Positions 1 through 9,026 are shown, numbered from the stretch's first letter. The stretch: DNA of 32,000 bases from Xylanibacter ruminicola 23 (GCF_000025925.1 NC_014033.1:2880001-2912000), one strand, 5' to 3'. Translations and numbers: made by a program. The notes: generated by a model not told the origin, from the letters alone.

Positions 1-721
1 CATTATCGCCACCTAAGGCCAGGTTCAGAAGGATATACTGCGGACGGTTGAAGGGATTGGTATATTGGCCAATCTTACCGTTCTGCGTGCTACTGAGAGG
101 AATCTCGTTCAGCAGCTCATCATCCAGATAAAGTCGGATAGCCATTTCGTCCCAGTCCATACGCCATATATGAAAATGCTGGGCCCATGCAGGGTCTTTC
201 TCTGTAAAATGGGTAAACGGTGTTTTCTTGCTATTCCACACAGCCTTGTAAGGCTGGTCGTTACCCCAACAGGCATTGGCTAAGATATGAGGCACTCCAT
301 TGATACGGTAATACTCCATCAAATCAATCTCGCCACACGAGGGCCAAGGCATGTCGTTGCCTAACGTCCAGATGGCAGGCCAGGTACCACCAGCGGTTGG
401 GATGCGGGCGCAAACCTCCAGTCGTCCGTACAGGAAACTGTACTTACCTTTGGTATTTAAACTGGCCGATGTATAGGGAATACCCTCACGACCAGTTTCC
501 TGGCGAGCCTCAATCACCAGCATACCATTGTGCAGGTAGGCATTATCTGCCTGATACCACTGAGCTTCGTGGTTACGCACAAATCCCTGCTCATAGCCCC
601 AGATGGTGCTATCAGGGCGCCCGTTACCATCAAACTCATCGGCAAAAACCAGCTGATACTCCTGTGCCACAAGGGGCACAGCAAGCATACCAAGCAGCAA
701 CGACAGTAAAACCTTTCTCAT
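1..721 (-). CDS. Glycoside hydrolase family 16 (beta-glucanase/laminarinase-like), secreted; 3' end runs off the window
   Basis: Absent from the ORF track because it is open at the window edge. My minus-strand translation from ATG 721-719 reads MRKVLLSLLLGMLAVPLVAQEYQLVFADEFDGNGRPDSTIWGYEQGF...WPAIWTLG...GEIDLMEYY...LALGGDN with no stop down to nt 1. It has a signal peptide and the GH16 ExDxxE motif (EIDLME). Confidence 0.85.
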   Translation of the reverse strand, partial: MRKVLLSLLLGMLAVPLVAQEYQLVFADEFDGNGRPDSTIWGYEQGFVRNHEAQWYQADNAYLHNGMLVIEARQETGREGIPYTSASLNTKGKYSFLYGRLEVCARIPTAGGTWPAIWTLGNDMPWPSCGEIDLMEYYRINGVPHILANACWGNDQPYKAVWNSKKTPFTHFTEKDPAWAQHFHIWRMDWDEMAIRLYLDDELLNEIPLSSTQNGKIGQYTNPFNRPQYILLNLALGGDN

Positions 722-725
722 ACCA

Positions 726-1124
726 TTAAATAAAGTCTTTGAAAGCCTCGTCGTACTCAGGACTATTGGCCAGGCGACCGTTTACCAGGCATACAAGCTC
801 GATATCGCCTTTCCACGACAGCTTCTCATCGCTGGCACGATAGATGGCCTGATGGAATACGTACTTGATGCCCTCCTTGGTGAGCGAGAGGCGTGAGATA
901 AACTCATCGTCGCATCGGAGTGGCGTCTTATACTGCAAGTTCATACGAGCCACAACGGCATCGATACCCTGCTCGTGCAACGCAGCAAAGCTAACGCCCA
1001 GACTGCGAAGAAACAGGTGACGGGTGTGCTCAGCATAGTGCAGATAGTTGGCATTGTTTACGATGCCCTCGATATCGCACTCGTAATCGCGCACCTCCAT
1101 GCGGGTTTCGAAAATATAGTTCAT
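726..1124 (-). CDS. Acyl-CoA thioesterase, 4HBT/YbgC-like hotdog fold
   Basis: 132-aa ORF. The N-terminus RMEVRDYECDIEGIVNNANYLHYAEHTRHLFL is typical of YbgC/4HBT thioesterases. 4-nt overlap with the upstream HAD gene. Confidence 0.8.
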   Translation of the reverse strand: MNYIFETRMEVRDYECDIEGIVNNANYLHYAEHTRHLFLRSLGVSFAALHEQGIDAVVARMNLQYKTPLRCDDEFISRLSLTKEGIKYVFHQAIYRASDEKLSWKGDIELVCLVNGRLANSPEYDEAFKDFI

Positions 1125-1813
1125 AATAGCTTCAATATTTCGTTGAAATGGGTAATCTTTGTCAGTCGTGGATGCACGATATCCTCAGAGTGCTCCAACT
1201 GCCAGGTAACGTGGAAGGGGATATGAATGGCCCAGGCACCGATATTGAGTGCAGGAGCGATGTCGCTCTTCAGCGAGTTACCCACCATAAGGAACTGTGA
1301 GGGCTGAACCTCCAGACGCTCACAGAGCTGCGAGAACTCTGTTTCGGTTTTATTGCTGGTGATTTCTACATGTGAGAAATACTTATCCAGATAGCTGCGA
1401 TACAGCTTATTCTCCTGATCCTGCAACTCGCCTTTGGTAAACACCACAAGACGATAGGGATAGGCCTGCAAACGCTGCAATGTTTCCTCTACCTCAGGCA
1501 ACGGTGTGGCAGGCAGATGCAACAGCTGCTTGCTGTGCGCCAGCAACTCAGCCAGTTGGGTATGTGATAAATGTGCGCCACCAACACGGAGCGCTGTTTC
1601 TATAATCGAAATAGTGAAAGCCTTGCAGCCATAGCCCAAATCGGCCATATTTCCCGATTCGGTAACAAACAACTCGTGGGCAGGGTCGTCGCAATAAGGC
1701 GCAATCAGGTCGTAGAGATGTTTCTCTACTTCCTCGAAATGACTCTGACAATCCCACAAGGTATCATCGGCGTCGAAAGCTATCACACGGAGATTTCTAA
1801 CGTCTATCTTCAT
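1121..1813 (-). CDS. HAD-superfamily hydrolase
   Basis: 230-aa ORF with HAD motif I (VIAFDADDTLWD) and a C-terminal MVGNSLKSD motif. 4-nt overlaps on both sides. Confidence 0.8.
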   Translation of the reverse strand: MKIDVRNLRVIAFDADDTLWDCQSHFEEVEKHLYDLIAPYCDDPAHELFVTESGNMADLGYGCKAFTISIIETALRVGGAHLSHTQLAELLAHSKQLLHLPATPLPEVEETLQRLQAYPYRLVVFTKGELQDQENKLYRSYLDKYFSHVEITSNKTETEFSQLCERLEVQPSQFLMVGNSLKSDIAPALNIGAWAIHIPFHVTWQLEHSEDIVHPRLTKITHFNEILKLL

Positions 1814-2226
1814 TTCTTACAATGTGGACAAGTTCCTTTAATAATATAATTAGATGTATGGGCCTCAAAGCCCTCGGGCAGTTCTACCTTAGGCATCATA
1901 ACGCCATCCAGACAGTAGGTCTGCTGGCACTGCTCACAGTAGAAGTGGGGGTGCACATCATCATCGTGATCGTCGTGATGACTATGGCAGAGCTCAAAAC
2001 GCTGACCATCCACAGCGCCATCAATCACATGCACCAGATGGTGCTCACGGAAAAGCTGCAGCGTACGGAAAATGCCCGATTTATCGATTGTATCGATTCG
2101 GTTCTGCAGCTCGGCCATGGATTGTGGCAGCATGGAAGCTTCGAGCGCCTTTACCACCGTAATACGGTTGGCGGTGGGCTTGATGCCATGCTCTAAAAGC
2201 AGTTGTTCGTAATTCTTAGTATCCAT
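1810..2226 (-). CDS. Fur-family metalloregulator (Fur/Zur/PerR type not resolved)
   Basis: 138-aa ORF with an N-terminal wHTH (KPTANRITVVKAL). The C-terminus has a His/Asp-rich stretch HSHHDDHDDDVHPH and two CxxC pairs (CEQC, CPHC). Confidence 0.85.
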   Translation of the reverse strand: MDTKNYEQLLLEHGIKPTANRITVVKALEASMLPQSMAELQNRIDTIDKSGIFRTLQLFREHHLVHVIDGAVDGQRFELCHSHHDDHDDDVHPHFYCEQCQQTYCLDGVMMPKVELPEGFEAHTSNYIIKGTCPHCKK

Positions 2227-2256
2227 AAGCTATACTTGTATGATAAAAAACCTATT

Positions 2257-3798
2257 TCATCGTTCGCTCCAATCGCCACGATCCAGATTGCGATAGCCGA
2301 TAGCCTCAGCAATATGGTGACTCTGCACGCGCTCTGTACCTTCGATATCGGCAATGGTACGTGCCACCTTCAGAATGCGGTTGTAGGCACGCGCACTCAG
2401 ATGCAGGCGCTCCATAGCCATGCGGAGCATATTCAGACTGGCCTCGTCAGGCTCACAGAACTGGTGAATCATGCGCTCCGACATCTGCGCATTGCAATAT
2501 ACACCCTTGAACGCCTTAAATCGCTCTTCCTGACACTTACGGGCGGCAATCACACGGGCACGAATCACCTCGCTGGGCTCGCCCTGCTGCATCTGCGACA
2601 GCTGGTTGAAGGGAACTACCGGCACTTCAATATGCAGGTCCATTCTGTCGAGAAGCGGACCGGAAATGCGGTTCATATAACGTTGTATCTGTCCTGGCGT
2701 ACATACACAATGGTGCGTTGGGTCGCCATAATAGCCACAAGGGCAGGGATTCATCGAGGCCACAAACATAAACGAGCAGGGGTACTCGATGGTATATTTA
2801 GCACGACTGATGGTAATCTTTCTATCCTCCAATGGTTGGCGTAGAACCTCGAGCGTAGCACGCGAGAATTCAGGTAGCTCATCACAAAAGAGCACCCCGT
2901 TATGGGCCAGACTCACCTCACCAGGCTGCGCTTTCTGCGTACCACCCGTCATGGCCACCTGCGAAATAGTGTGGTGCGGACTGCGGAAAGGGCGCTGCGA
3001 AATCAACGAGGTTCCACTGGGCAGGATGCCTGCTACAGAGTGTATCTGAGTAGTTTCCAAACTCTCGGCCAACGACAATGGGGGCAGGATACTTGGCAAA
3101 CGTTTAGCCATCATCGACTTACCGCTTCCTGGGGGACCAATCAGTATCACATTATGTCCACCAGCAGCAGCCACCTCCAAAGCACGCTTTACGCTTTCCT
3201 GACCACGCACATCGGCAAAGTCGAGATCAAAGGCGTACTGGTGGTCGTAAAACTCCTTACGTGTATCAATAATGGTAGGTTCGCAATTCTCGGCACCATT
3301 CAAAAAGGCAATCACATCAGCGATATTCTCCATGCCGTACACCTCAAGCTGGTTTACCACAGCCGCTTCGCGCACATTCTCCTTGGGAACTATCAAGCCC
3401 TTAAACTTCTCTTTGCGTGCACGGATGGCTACCGACAGCACACCGCTTACGGGTTTCAGTTTGCCATCCAGGCCCAGCTCGCCTACCATCATATAATCCT
3501 TCAGTGCATCTTCTGCTACCTTGCTGTAGGCAGCCAATATACCAATAGCCAATGGCAAATCGTAGCCACTACCCTCTTTACGGATATCGGCAGGACTCAT
3601 ATTAATTGTCAAATCGGCTGTTGGGGATTTATAACCAATATTCTCGATAGCTGCGCGAATACGGTCGTAACTCTCTTTTACTGCGGTGTCGGCCAAGCCA
3701 GACAAGTGGAACGAAGTGCCTCTTGCCAGATTAACCTCGATGGTTATGGTGGTTGCTTCGAGTGCGGTAACGGCTGCACTATAGGTTTTAACAAGCAT
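2257..3798 (-). CDS. comM: YifB/ComM family Mg-chelatase-like ATPase
   Basis: 513-aa ORF with a Lon-protease-like N-terminus, Walker A GPPGSGKS, Walker B VLFCDELPEF and a C-terminal ChlI-like region. Confidence 0.9.
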   Translation of the reverse strand: MLVKTYSAAVTALEATTITIEVNLARGTSFHLSGLADTAVKESYDRIRAAIENIGYKSPTADLTINMSPADIRKEGSGYDLPLAIGILAAYSKVAEDALKDYMMVGELGLDGKLKPVSGVLSVAIRARKEKFKGLIVPKENVREAAVVNQLEVYGMENIADVIAFLNGAENCEPTIIDTRKEFYDHQYAFDLDFADVRGQESVKRALEVAAAGGHNVILIGPPGSGKSMMAKRLPSILPPLSLAESLETTQIHSVAGILPSGTSLISQRPFRSPHHTISQVAMTGGTQKAQPGEVSLAHNGVLFCDELPEFSRATLEVLRQPLEDRKITISRAKYTIEYPCSFMFVASMNPCPCGYYGDPTHHCVCTPGQIQRYMNRISGPLLDRMDLHIEVPVVPFNQLSQMQQGEPSEVIRARVIAARKCQEERFKAFKGVYCNAQMSERMIHQFCEPDEASLNMLRMAMERLHLSARAYNRILKVARTIADIEGTERVQSHHIAEAIGYRNLDRGDWSER

Positions 3799-3800
3799 TG

Positions 3801-4802
3801 CTATTCGATTAATTCCTTGATTTTATCGTTAAGTTTTTGATAATCCAACGTACGGCCTACTATCTTTCCTTGACCGTCTATCACAATGTTGTCAGGCAGA
3901 TAAGTCATACCCAACTGTTGCAGGATTGGCGATTCCCACATGCGCCCATCGCAAACGGTGCTCCATCTAACGGAGTCGCGATTCACAATTTGCTGACAGT
4001 CCTTTACGCTGCCATCCACGCTGATGCTCACTACCTTCAGCTTGCCTGGGTTTTCGCGCTGTAGGCGTGCCAACAGTCCCTGAATGCTCATACTCTCGTA
4101 GTTCCACGAGGCCCAGAGACTGATTACATTTACCTTGGCATTCAAGTCGGCCGACGATACTATCTCGCCTTTCAATCCTTTGGCCGAGAACGAAGGCAGA
4201 TGTGCGCCCTGTTTCACGGCGCGTAAGGCACCTAACTTCTTCAAGAGGGCAGCCACCTCCTTATTATCGGGCTGGGCCTTCATAATCATATTACCCAACT
4301 TCTGAATATTATCATAGTCGGGGTTAGGTACCATTACAAAATATTTGGTAAGCAGATAGGTGCAGATAGGCGACTCAGGACGCTCGTAAATGTACTGCGT
4401 GGCCGTGCCTTTTACACCTGGTGGCATCATCGCACTGGTCTTCAGGCGGAATGCCGTCATTTCTTTGTTGATATTGGTGCCCTTAACTTCGGTTTCCTTC
4501 AGGTGCACAGCGTCGCCTTCCATAGTGATGGTAACGCCAGGCTCAGCAAACACAGGAATCTCAGAGAAGTTAGGGAACACCACGATGAGTGTAGTAGGTT
4601 CGGTGATGTCGGCCTTGTAGGTAAACTCACCCCTACTCACTCCGATGGTATCCAGTTTTTGGGCGCCATTAAGCCCATAGACGTAGAGTTCTCCTTGATT
4701 GAAGCCCTTAAAACTGCCCTCTATCTTAAACTTCTTCTGGCCATCGCCACAAGAACACAGTAAGAATGCTGCTACAAGAGCAAGGAGACACGTCTGTTTC
4801 AT
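3801..4802 (-). CDS. Thioredoxin-fold (TlpA/AhpC-TSA-like) lipoprotein lacking the CxxC active site
   Basis: 333-aa ORF with a lipoprotein signal (LLCSCGDG). The C-terminal thioredoxin-like region reads VISLWASWNYESMS where TlpA-type proteins normally have WASWCxPC. Confidence 0.65.
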   Translation of the reverse strand: MKQTCLLALVAAFLLCSCGDGQKKFKIEGSFKGFNQGELYVYGLNGAQKLDTIGVSRGEFTYKADITEPTTLIVVFPNFSEIPVFAEPGVTITMEGDAVHLKETEVKGTNINKEMTAFRLKTSAMMPPGVKGTATQYIYERPESPICTYLLTKYFVMVPNPDYDNIQKLGNMIMKAQPDNKEVAALLKKLGALRAVKQGAHLPSFSAKGLKGEIVSSADLNAKVNVISLWASWNYESMSIQGLLARLQRENPGKLKVVSISVDGSVKDCQQIVNRDSVRWSTVCDGRMWESPILQQLGMTYLPDNIVIDGQGKIVGRTLDYQKLNDKIKELIE

Positions 4803-4805
4803 TAT

Positions 4806-6467
4806 TTATTTCTCAATATTCTTCAGTTCGATATCGTTAGCTGCATACTTAGCAAAAGCAGGATCCTTCTTGATAGCCTCCTTCAGTGCCTCGGCAGCAT
4901 CGGCATTGTTACCCATACGGGCACTCATCAGCGCCTTCAGATACTCTGACACAGCATCAGGGTTCTTGATGTACTTCAGAGTAACAGCAGCCGATACGTA
5001 ATCGTGGTTCAGGATCTGAGCCAGCACAGCGCTGTTTGAGTAAACCTCTGCAAAGTTCTCCTCAGCCTGAGCATAGTTACCCTTAGCCAGGTTCAGGTTA
5101 CCCATAATCTCAGCCAGTCCGTTAGCATCGGTAGCAGCAGCGATATAACGCTCAGCAGTAGCTACGTCGCCATCCTTCAGAGCCAGAAGTCCAAGGTTTG
5201 CATTAGCCTCAGGAACGTTTGTTGCCTTCTGCAGATACTGCTTGGCAGCCTCGTAGTTACCCTGCTGGTACTCGATGGTAGCCAGGTTGTTGTAAGCACG
5301 ATAGTCGTTAGGATAAACCTTAGCGGCAGTCATGTAAACCTGCTTCTTCTCATCGGCATTAGTCTTCAGAGTAGCACCATACAGAATCTCCTCGATGCTC
5401 AGCTTGGTAGCATCGTCCTGGAGCTGCTCCAGAATCTGCTCGTCGCTACGTCCGATTGTCTCGTAGTTGATAGTGAGACGGGCACGACGCAGTTCAGGCA
5501 GAACGCCATCAGCCAACTCGCGGAAAGCAGTTGAGATATTCTTGATCTGCTGCTCACGCTCCTGTGGATCCTTATACATAGAGAGCACGCGCAGGATAAC
5601 CTCCTTATCCTGGATGTTGCTAGCCTTTACCAACTCCTGGAATCCCTCCCAGTCCTGAGCGGTGTACTTAGCATCAACAGGAGCATCGAGCTTAATCTTC
5701 TTGAGCTCCTGGTTTACATACTTCTCAGAAACCTTCTGACGCTCGCCAGCCAGCTTATCGTTAATGCTGAAACCACCATCAGGTGAAGCATAGGCCGATA
5801 CCTCGATGTTGTCGAGATTCAGCTTCTCGCGATCGTTGTTAATCTGCTTGAGCATACGAACAAACTCCTTAACCGAGTTATTCTTGAGCTCGCTCTTGCG
5901 CAGCTTAGCCTGCTGGATGAGGAACTTAATGTTAGCATCCAACTTCTTCTTGGTGATACGCTGATAAGCATCGGGAGCCACAGCAGCCTGAGTGGTCAGG
6001 ATAGTCTGCTTGTAGAGCTCAGAGGTAGCGATAACGCCATCGGCCACCTTAACGGCAGGCACCTCCATCTTCTTGTTACCAATGCGGGCATCGAATGTAA
6101 GGAACATCTCAGCCTTGTTGTCGCCAGCGTAAGCAAAGCTGGTCTTCATGGTGTAGTTACCACCCATCTTGTAGTTGATGGTCTGGTCGTTACCACGCAC
6201 GCTCTCGCCCTGGAAAGTGGCGGTGGTACCCTTCTCAACCACACCATTTGAATAGCGCAGTTCGGGCACGACTGTAACTACAGCCTTCTTTTTCATATAC
6301 TTCTCGGGGAAATGGCCGTTGATAGTTGCAGGAACGGCACCTTTTTGAGTCTCGAGTGGATTTGGTGTTACGGTGAAGTTATCTGCTGATAATTCGCCAA
6401 GTTTTGAACACGATGTAAACATCATCAGCGTAGCTGCTGACAGTAATAGAATTTCTTTTTTTTGCAT
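4806..6467 (-). CDS. TPR-repeat lipoprotein (conserved Bacteroidota protein of unknown function)
   Basis: The track ORF 4806..6536 is trimmed to Met24 (ATG 6467-6465, MQKKEILLLSAATLMMFTSCSK, lipobox) because its first 23 codons overlap the tRNA. The C-terminal half has TPR-like repeats (AYNNLATIEYQQGNYEAAKQYLQKA...). Confidence 0.75.
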   Translation of the reverse strand: MQKKEILLLSAATLMMFTSCSKLGELSADNFTVTPNPLETQKGAVPATINGHFPEKYMKKKAVVTVVPELRYSNGVVEKGTTATFQGESVRGNDQTINYKMGGNYTMKTSFAYAGDNKAEMFLTFDARIGNKKMEVPAVKVADGVIATSELYKQTILTTQAAVAPDAYQRITKKKLDANIKFLIQQAKLRKSELKNNSVKEFVRMLKQINNDREKLNLDNIEVSAYASPDGGFSINDKLAGERQKVSEKYVNQELKKIKLDAPVDAKYTAQDWEGFQELVKASNIQDKEVILRVLSMYKDPQEREQQIKNISTAFRELADGVLPELRRARLTINYETIGRSDEQILEQLQDDATKLSIEEILYGATLKTNADEKKQVYMTAAKVYPNDYRAYNNLATIEYQQGNYEAAKQYLQKATNVPEANANLGLLALKDGDVATAERYIAAATDANGLAEIMGNLNLAKGNYAQAEENFAEVYSNSAVLAQILNHDYVSAAVTLKYIKNPDAVSEYLKALMSARMGNNADAAEALKEAIKKDPAFAKYAANDIELKNIEK

Positions 6468-6492
6468 AAAATAAAGTCTCAGTATTGTTGTG

Positions 6493-6578
6493 TGCCGCGA
6501 GCGGGACTCGAACCCGCACAGCCGTTTAATGGCCAAGGGATTTTAAGTCCCTCGTGTCTACCATTTCACCATCGCGGC
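6493..6578 (-). tRNA. tRNA-Leu, anticodon UAA, class II (long variable arm), no encoded CCA
   Basis: Hand-folded reverse complement: GCCGCGA-TG-GTGAAATGGTAGACAC-G-AGGGA-CTTAAAA-TCCCT-(18-nt variable arm)-GCGGG-TTCGAGT-CCCGC-TCGCGGC-A. All four stems pair and the T-loop is TTCGAGT. Confidence 0.9.
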
Positions 6579-6593
6579 GCCTTTTTTGCGGTG

Positions 6594-6601
6594 CAAAGGT
6601 A
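6594..6601 (-). promoter_or_regulatory. Bacteroidota -7 box TAccTTTG upstream of tRNA-Leu
   Basis: The minus strand reads TACCTTTGCACC about 15 nt upstream of the tRNA 5' end. Confidence 0.45.
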
Positions 6602-6639
6602 AGTTTAATTATTGGAATCACCAAACTTTTTATCTTTTT

Positions 6640-7188
6640 TTAATTCCAAACCCTCAGAATACCGCCATCTAAGCTCACTTTATACCTGTAAAGTGCTATT
6701 CCTGCGTTACCTTCGGCCAATACACCGTTGTTCACATTGTATGTTCGGTTGCATTTGCTACAATGCAGATACAGACCGCTATTCTGCCATGTCAGCGGAT
6801 AATTTCGTCCGCCCAGTTCCTTCAAACAGTTGGCACACTGACCCTCGTAAGCCACCAGTATATTATCATAGCTGCTCACCCCCACAATAATGCAGTTGTT
6901 GGCGCCTAACGCATAAGTCTGTCGCGATTCGCGCTCAGTATTCAGACGAATATCTTCGGTGGCGCCATCAAAATTACGTGTCGTCTTCAGGTGGCGCACG
7001 CCTTGCTGCACACTCGTCTCAATCTTCATAAACTGCCCAGGGGTTGAGAGCATAGCCGTTAGCTGGCAAGGCAGGGGATGCAACGTAGGATCGAACACAA
7101 ACCTACACTCGTACTCGCGATAGATATTCTCATCGCCCACACAAGCCATCAGCAAGGTGCAGAGTAAGAGTGTCAGACAGCGTTTCAT
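6640..7188 (-). CDS. Cys-rich lipoprotein of unknown function
   Basis: 182-aa ORF with a lipoprotein signal (LLMACVGDE) and two CxxC motifs (CANC, CSKC). Its ATG overlaps the argH stop (ATGA). Confidence 0.6.
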   Translation of the reverse strand: MKRCLTLLLCTLLMACVGDENIYREYECRFVFDPTLHPLPCQLTAMLSTPGQFMKIETSVQQGVRHLKTTRNFDGATEDIRLNTERESRQTYALGANNCIIVGVSSYDNILVAYEGQCANCLKELGGRNYPLTWQNSGLYLHCSKCNRTYNVNNGVLAEGNAGIALYRYKVSLDGGILRVWN

Positions 7189-8516
7189 GCCAACAGTTTC
7201 TTTTCGGCCTCGGTCATACGCTCAAAGTTAAAGCCCTTCAGCGTCTGCTCCATCAAAGCCTGAATCTGGTCGTTGCACAGATTGCCGATGCTACCCTCGT
7301 GGGTGTGGTGGATATCATGACTGGCCTTAAACTGACCTGCCTCGATATCAAGACCGACCTTTTTATAGGCATCGCGGAATGGCATGCCATTAGCAGCCAA
7401 GCGGTTCACCTCCTCAACCGAGAACATCGGATCGTACATGGGGTTATCAAGAATATGCTCGTTAACCTCAATCTTATTAATAATGTATGCGCACATCTGC
7501 AGACAGTCCTTCAGTTCGCCAAAGGCAGGCAGGAACACCTCCTTGATAATCTGCAGATCGCGGAAGTAACCTACAGGCAGGTTGTTCATCATCAGCATAA
7601 TCTGCTGGGGCAGCGACTGCAGCTTGTTCGACTTGGCACGGATCAGCTCAAACACATCAGGATTCTTCTTGTGCGGCATGATGCTCGAACCTGTGGTACA
7701 CTCCTTGGGCAACTTAACGAACGAGAAGTTCTGCGAGTTGAACAAGCAGGCATCGAACGCCATCTTAGCGATAGTTCCTGCAATAGTAGCGATGGCAAAA
7801 CCTACGTTACGCTCCATCTTTCCGCGTCCCATCTGGGCATATACCACATTATAATCCATCGAGTCGAAGCCCAACAGATTGGTGGTCATCGTACGGTTCA
7901 AGGGGAACGAACTGCCATAGCCAGCAGCACTACCCAAGGGATTGCGGTTGGTCATCTTATAGGCAGCCTGCAGGAACAGCATATCATCGGCCAAACTCTC
8001 GGCATAAGCACCAAACCACAAGCCAAAGCTTGATGGCATGGCAATCTGCAGATGGGTATAGCCAGGCATCAGCACATCCTTGTACTGATTACTCTTCTGG
8101 ATGAGCTCATCGAAAAGACTTTTCACCTCGTCGGCAATCTCCATCAACTCATGACGTGTAAACAACTTCAGATCTACCAGCACCTGATCGTTACGCGAGC
8201 GACCTGAGTGAATCTTCTTACCCATATCGCCCAACTTACGTGTCAGCAGCATCTCAACCTGCGAGTGTACATCCTCCACATCGTCTTCAATCACAAACTC
8301 ACCACGCTCAGCCAGGTGATAGATGTTCTTCAGCTCGGCCAGCAGCTGGGTCAGTTCGTCCTTCTCCAGCAGTCCGATGCTTTCCAACATGGTGATGTGG
8401 GCCATAGAGCCCAGCACGTCGTACTTAGCCAGATAGAGATCCATCTCGCGGTCGCGACCAACGGTAAAGCGCTCTATCTCCTTGTTGACTTCAAAATTCT
8501 TTTCCCAGAGTTTCAT
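7185..8516 (-). CDS. argH: Argininosuccinate lyase
   Basis: 443-aa ORF with the fumarate-lyase family signature GSSIMPHKKNPD and an ArgH-like N-terminus (LWEKNF...VGRDREMDLYLAKYDVLGSMAHITML). Confidence 0.95.
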   Translation of the reverse strand: MKLWEKNFEVNKEIERFTVGRDREMDLYLAKYDVLGSMAHITMLESIGLLEKDELTQLLAELKNIYHLAERGEFVIEDDVEDVHSQVEMLLTRKLGDMGKKIHSGRSRNDQVLVDLKLFTRHELMEIADEVKSLFDELIQKSNQYKDVLMPGYTHLQIAMPSSFGLWFGAYAESLADDMLFLQAAYKMTNRNPLGSAAGYGSSFPLNRTMTTNLLGFDSMDYNVVYAQMGRGKMERNVGFAIATIAGTIAKMAFDACLFNSQNFSFVKLPKECTTGSSIMPHKKNPDVFELIRAKSNKLQSLPQQIMLMMNNLPVGYFRDLQIIKEVFLPAFGELKDCLQMCAYIINKIEVNEHILDNPMYDPMFSVEEVNRLAANGMPFRDAYKKVGLDIEAGQFKASHDIHHTHEGSIGNLCNDQIQALMEQTLKGFNFERMTEAEKKLLA

Positions 8517-8538
8517 CTCTTAATTCTCAATTTTCAAT

Positions 8539-8970
8539 TTATTCGTAGTGTACCATTGCAAGGGCCTCGGCAATCTTCTCAACGCCTTCCTGCAAAGGTT
8601 TCTCTACCATGCTTTTGATAAATGGGTTCAATTCGGCCTTTACCGTTACCTTCATTTTCGATGAGTTCTCATCTACAGGCAGCACCTGTACCCATACGTT
8701 GAAGGGAACGGGACTCTGAACCGTTTCGAACTTTACGCACTTAGGCTCTTCGCGATCGCAGATACGCAGTTTCAGTTCGCCTACAGGAGCCACATTAAGG
8801 CTCACGGTGTCGGCATCAAAACTAAATCCCTGTACCTTATCCTCGGGCACACGGTCGCGTACCTTCTCCAGATTGGTCAGATCGCTGATATTGTTGTAAA
8901 CAGCCTGCTGCGAGTAAGGAACCAGCTTCACGCTGCTCTCAAACTTACTTTCTCCTCCGAATAATCCCAT
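8539..8970 (-). CDS. SRPBCC/CoxG-like small protein (tentative)
   Basis: 143-aa ORF. The call rests only on length and overall resemblance to CoxG/polyketide-cyclase-like proteins; I see no diagnostic motif. Confidence 0.45.
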   Translation of the reverse strand: MGLFGGESKFESSVKLVPYSQQAVYNNISDLTNLEKVRDRVPEDKVQGFSFDADTVSLNVAPVGELKLRICDREEPKCVKFETVQSPVPFNVWVQVLPVDENSSKMKVTVKAELNPFIKSMVEKPLQEGVEKIAEALAMVHYE

Positions 8971-8977
8971 GGTTTAC

Positions 8978-9026
8978 ATTAAAGATTAAAGATTAAACAT
9001 TAAAAGATTAAACATTAAGATTAATC
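8978..9026. repeat. Degenerate heptamer microsatellite (ATTAAAG-like, 7 units) filling the SRPBCC-pyrE spacer
   Basis: It reads attaaag attaaag attaaac attaaaag attaaac attaag attaatc. The last unit contains the pyrE stop codon. Confidence 0.7.

Noticed and set aside
397-729. 110-aa plus-strand ORF, and the 65-283 ORF, at the window start
   Set aside because: Both overlap the GH16 coding sequence on the minus strand, which translates cleanly with a signal peptide and catalytic motif. The plus-strand products are Pro/Arg/Gln-rich with no recognisable motif.
2902-3840. 312-aa plus-strand ORF antisense to comM, with similar long antisense ORFs at 2203-2844, 7170-8033, 10311-10853, 14333-15403, 16632-17036, 21740-22117 and 22781-23443
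   Set aside because: Each lies fully inside a confidently recognised gene on the other strand. Their translations are low-complexity (rich in Leu, His, Gln, Arg and Thr) with no recognisable motifs. They are typical shadow ORFs of strongly codon-biased genes.
6468-6536. 23-codon N-terminal extension of the TPR lipoprotein ORF (MAIKRLCGFESRSRHTTILRLYF)
   Set aside because: It is the translation of the tRNA-Leu gene body. The real start is the downstream Met, which is followed by a lipoprotein signal.
8978-9026. CRISPR-like or other spaced repeat arrays (whole window scanned by eye; the short arrays are at 8978-9026, 11771-11791, 27428-27456 and 29604-29633)
   Set aside because: All of these arrays are contiguous tandem repeats of 7-15 bp with no unique spacers and no cas genes. 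None fits a CRISPR array.
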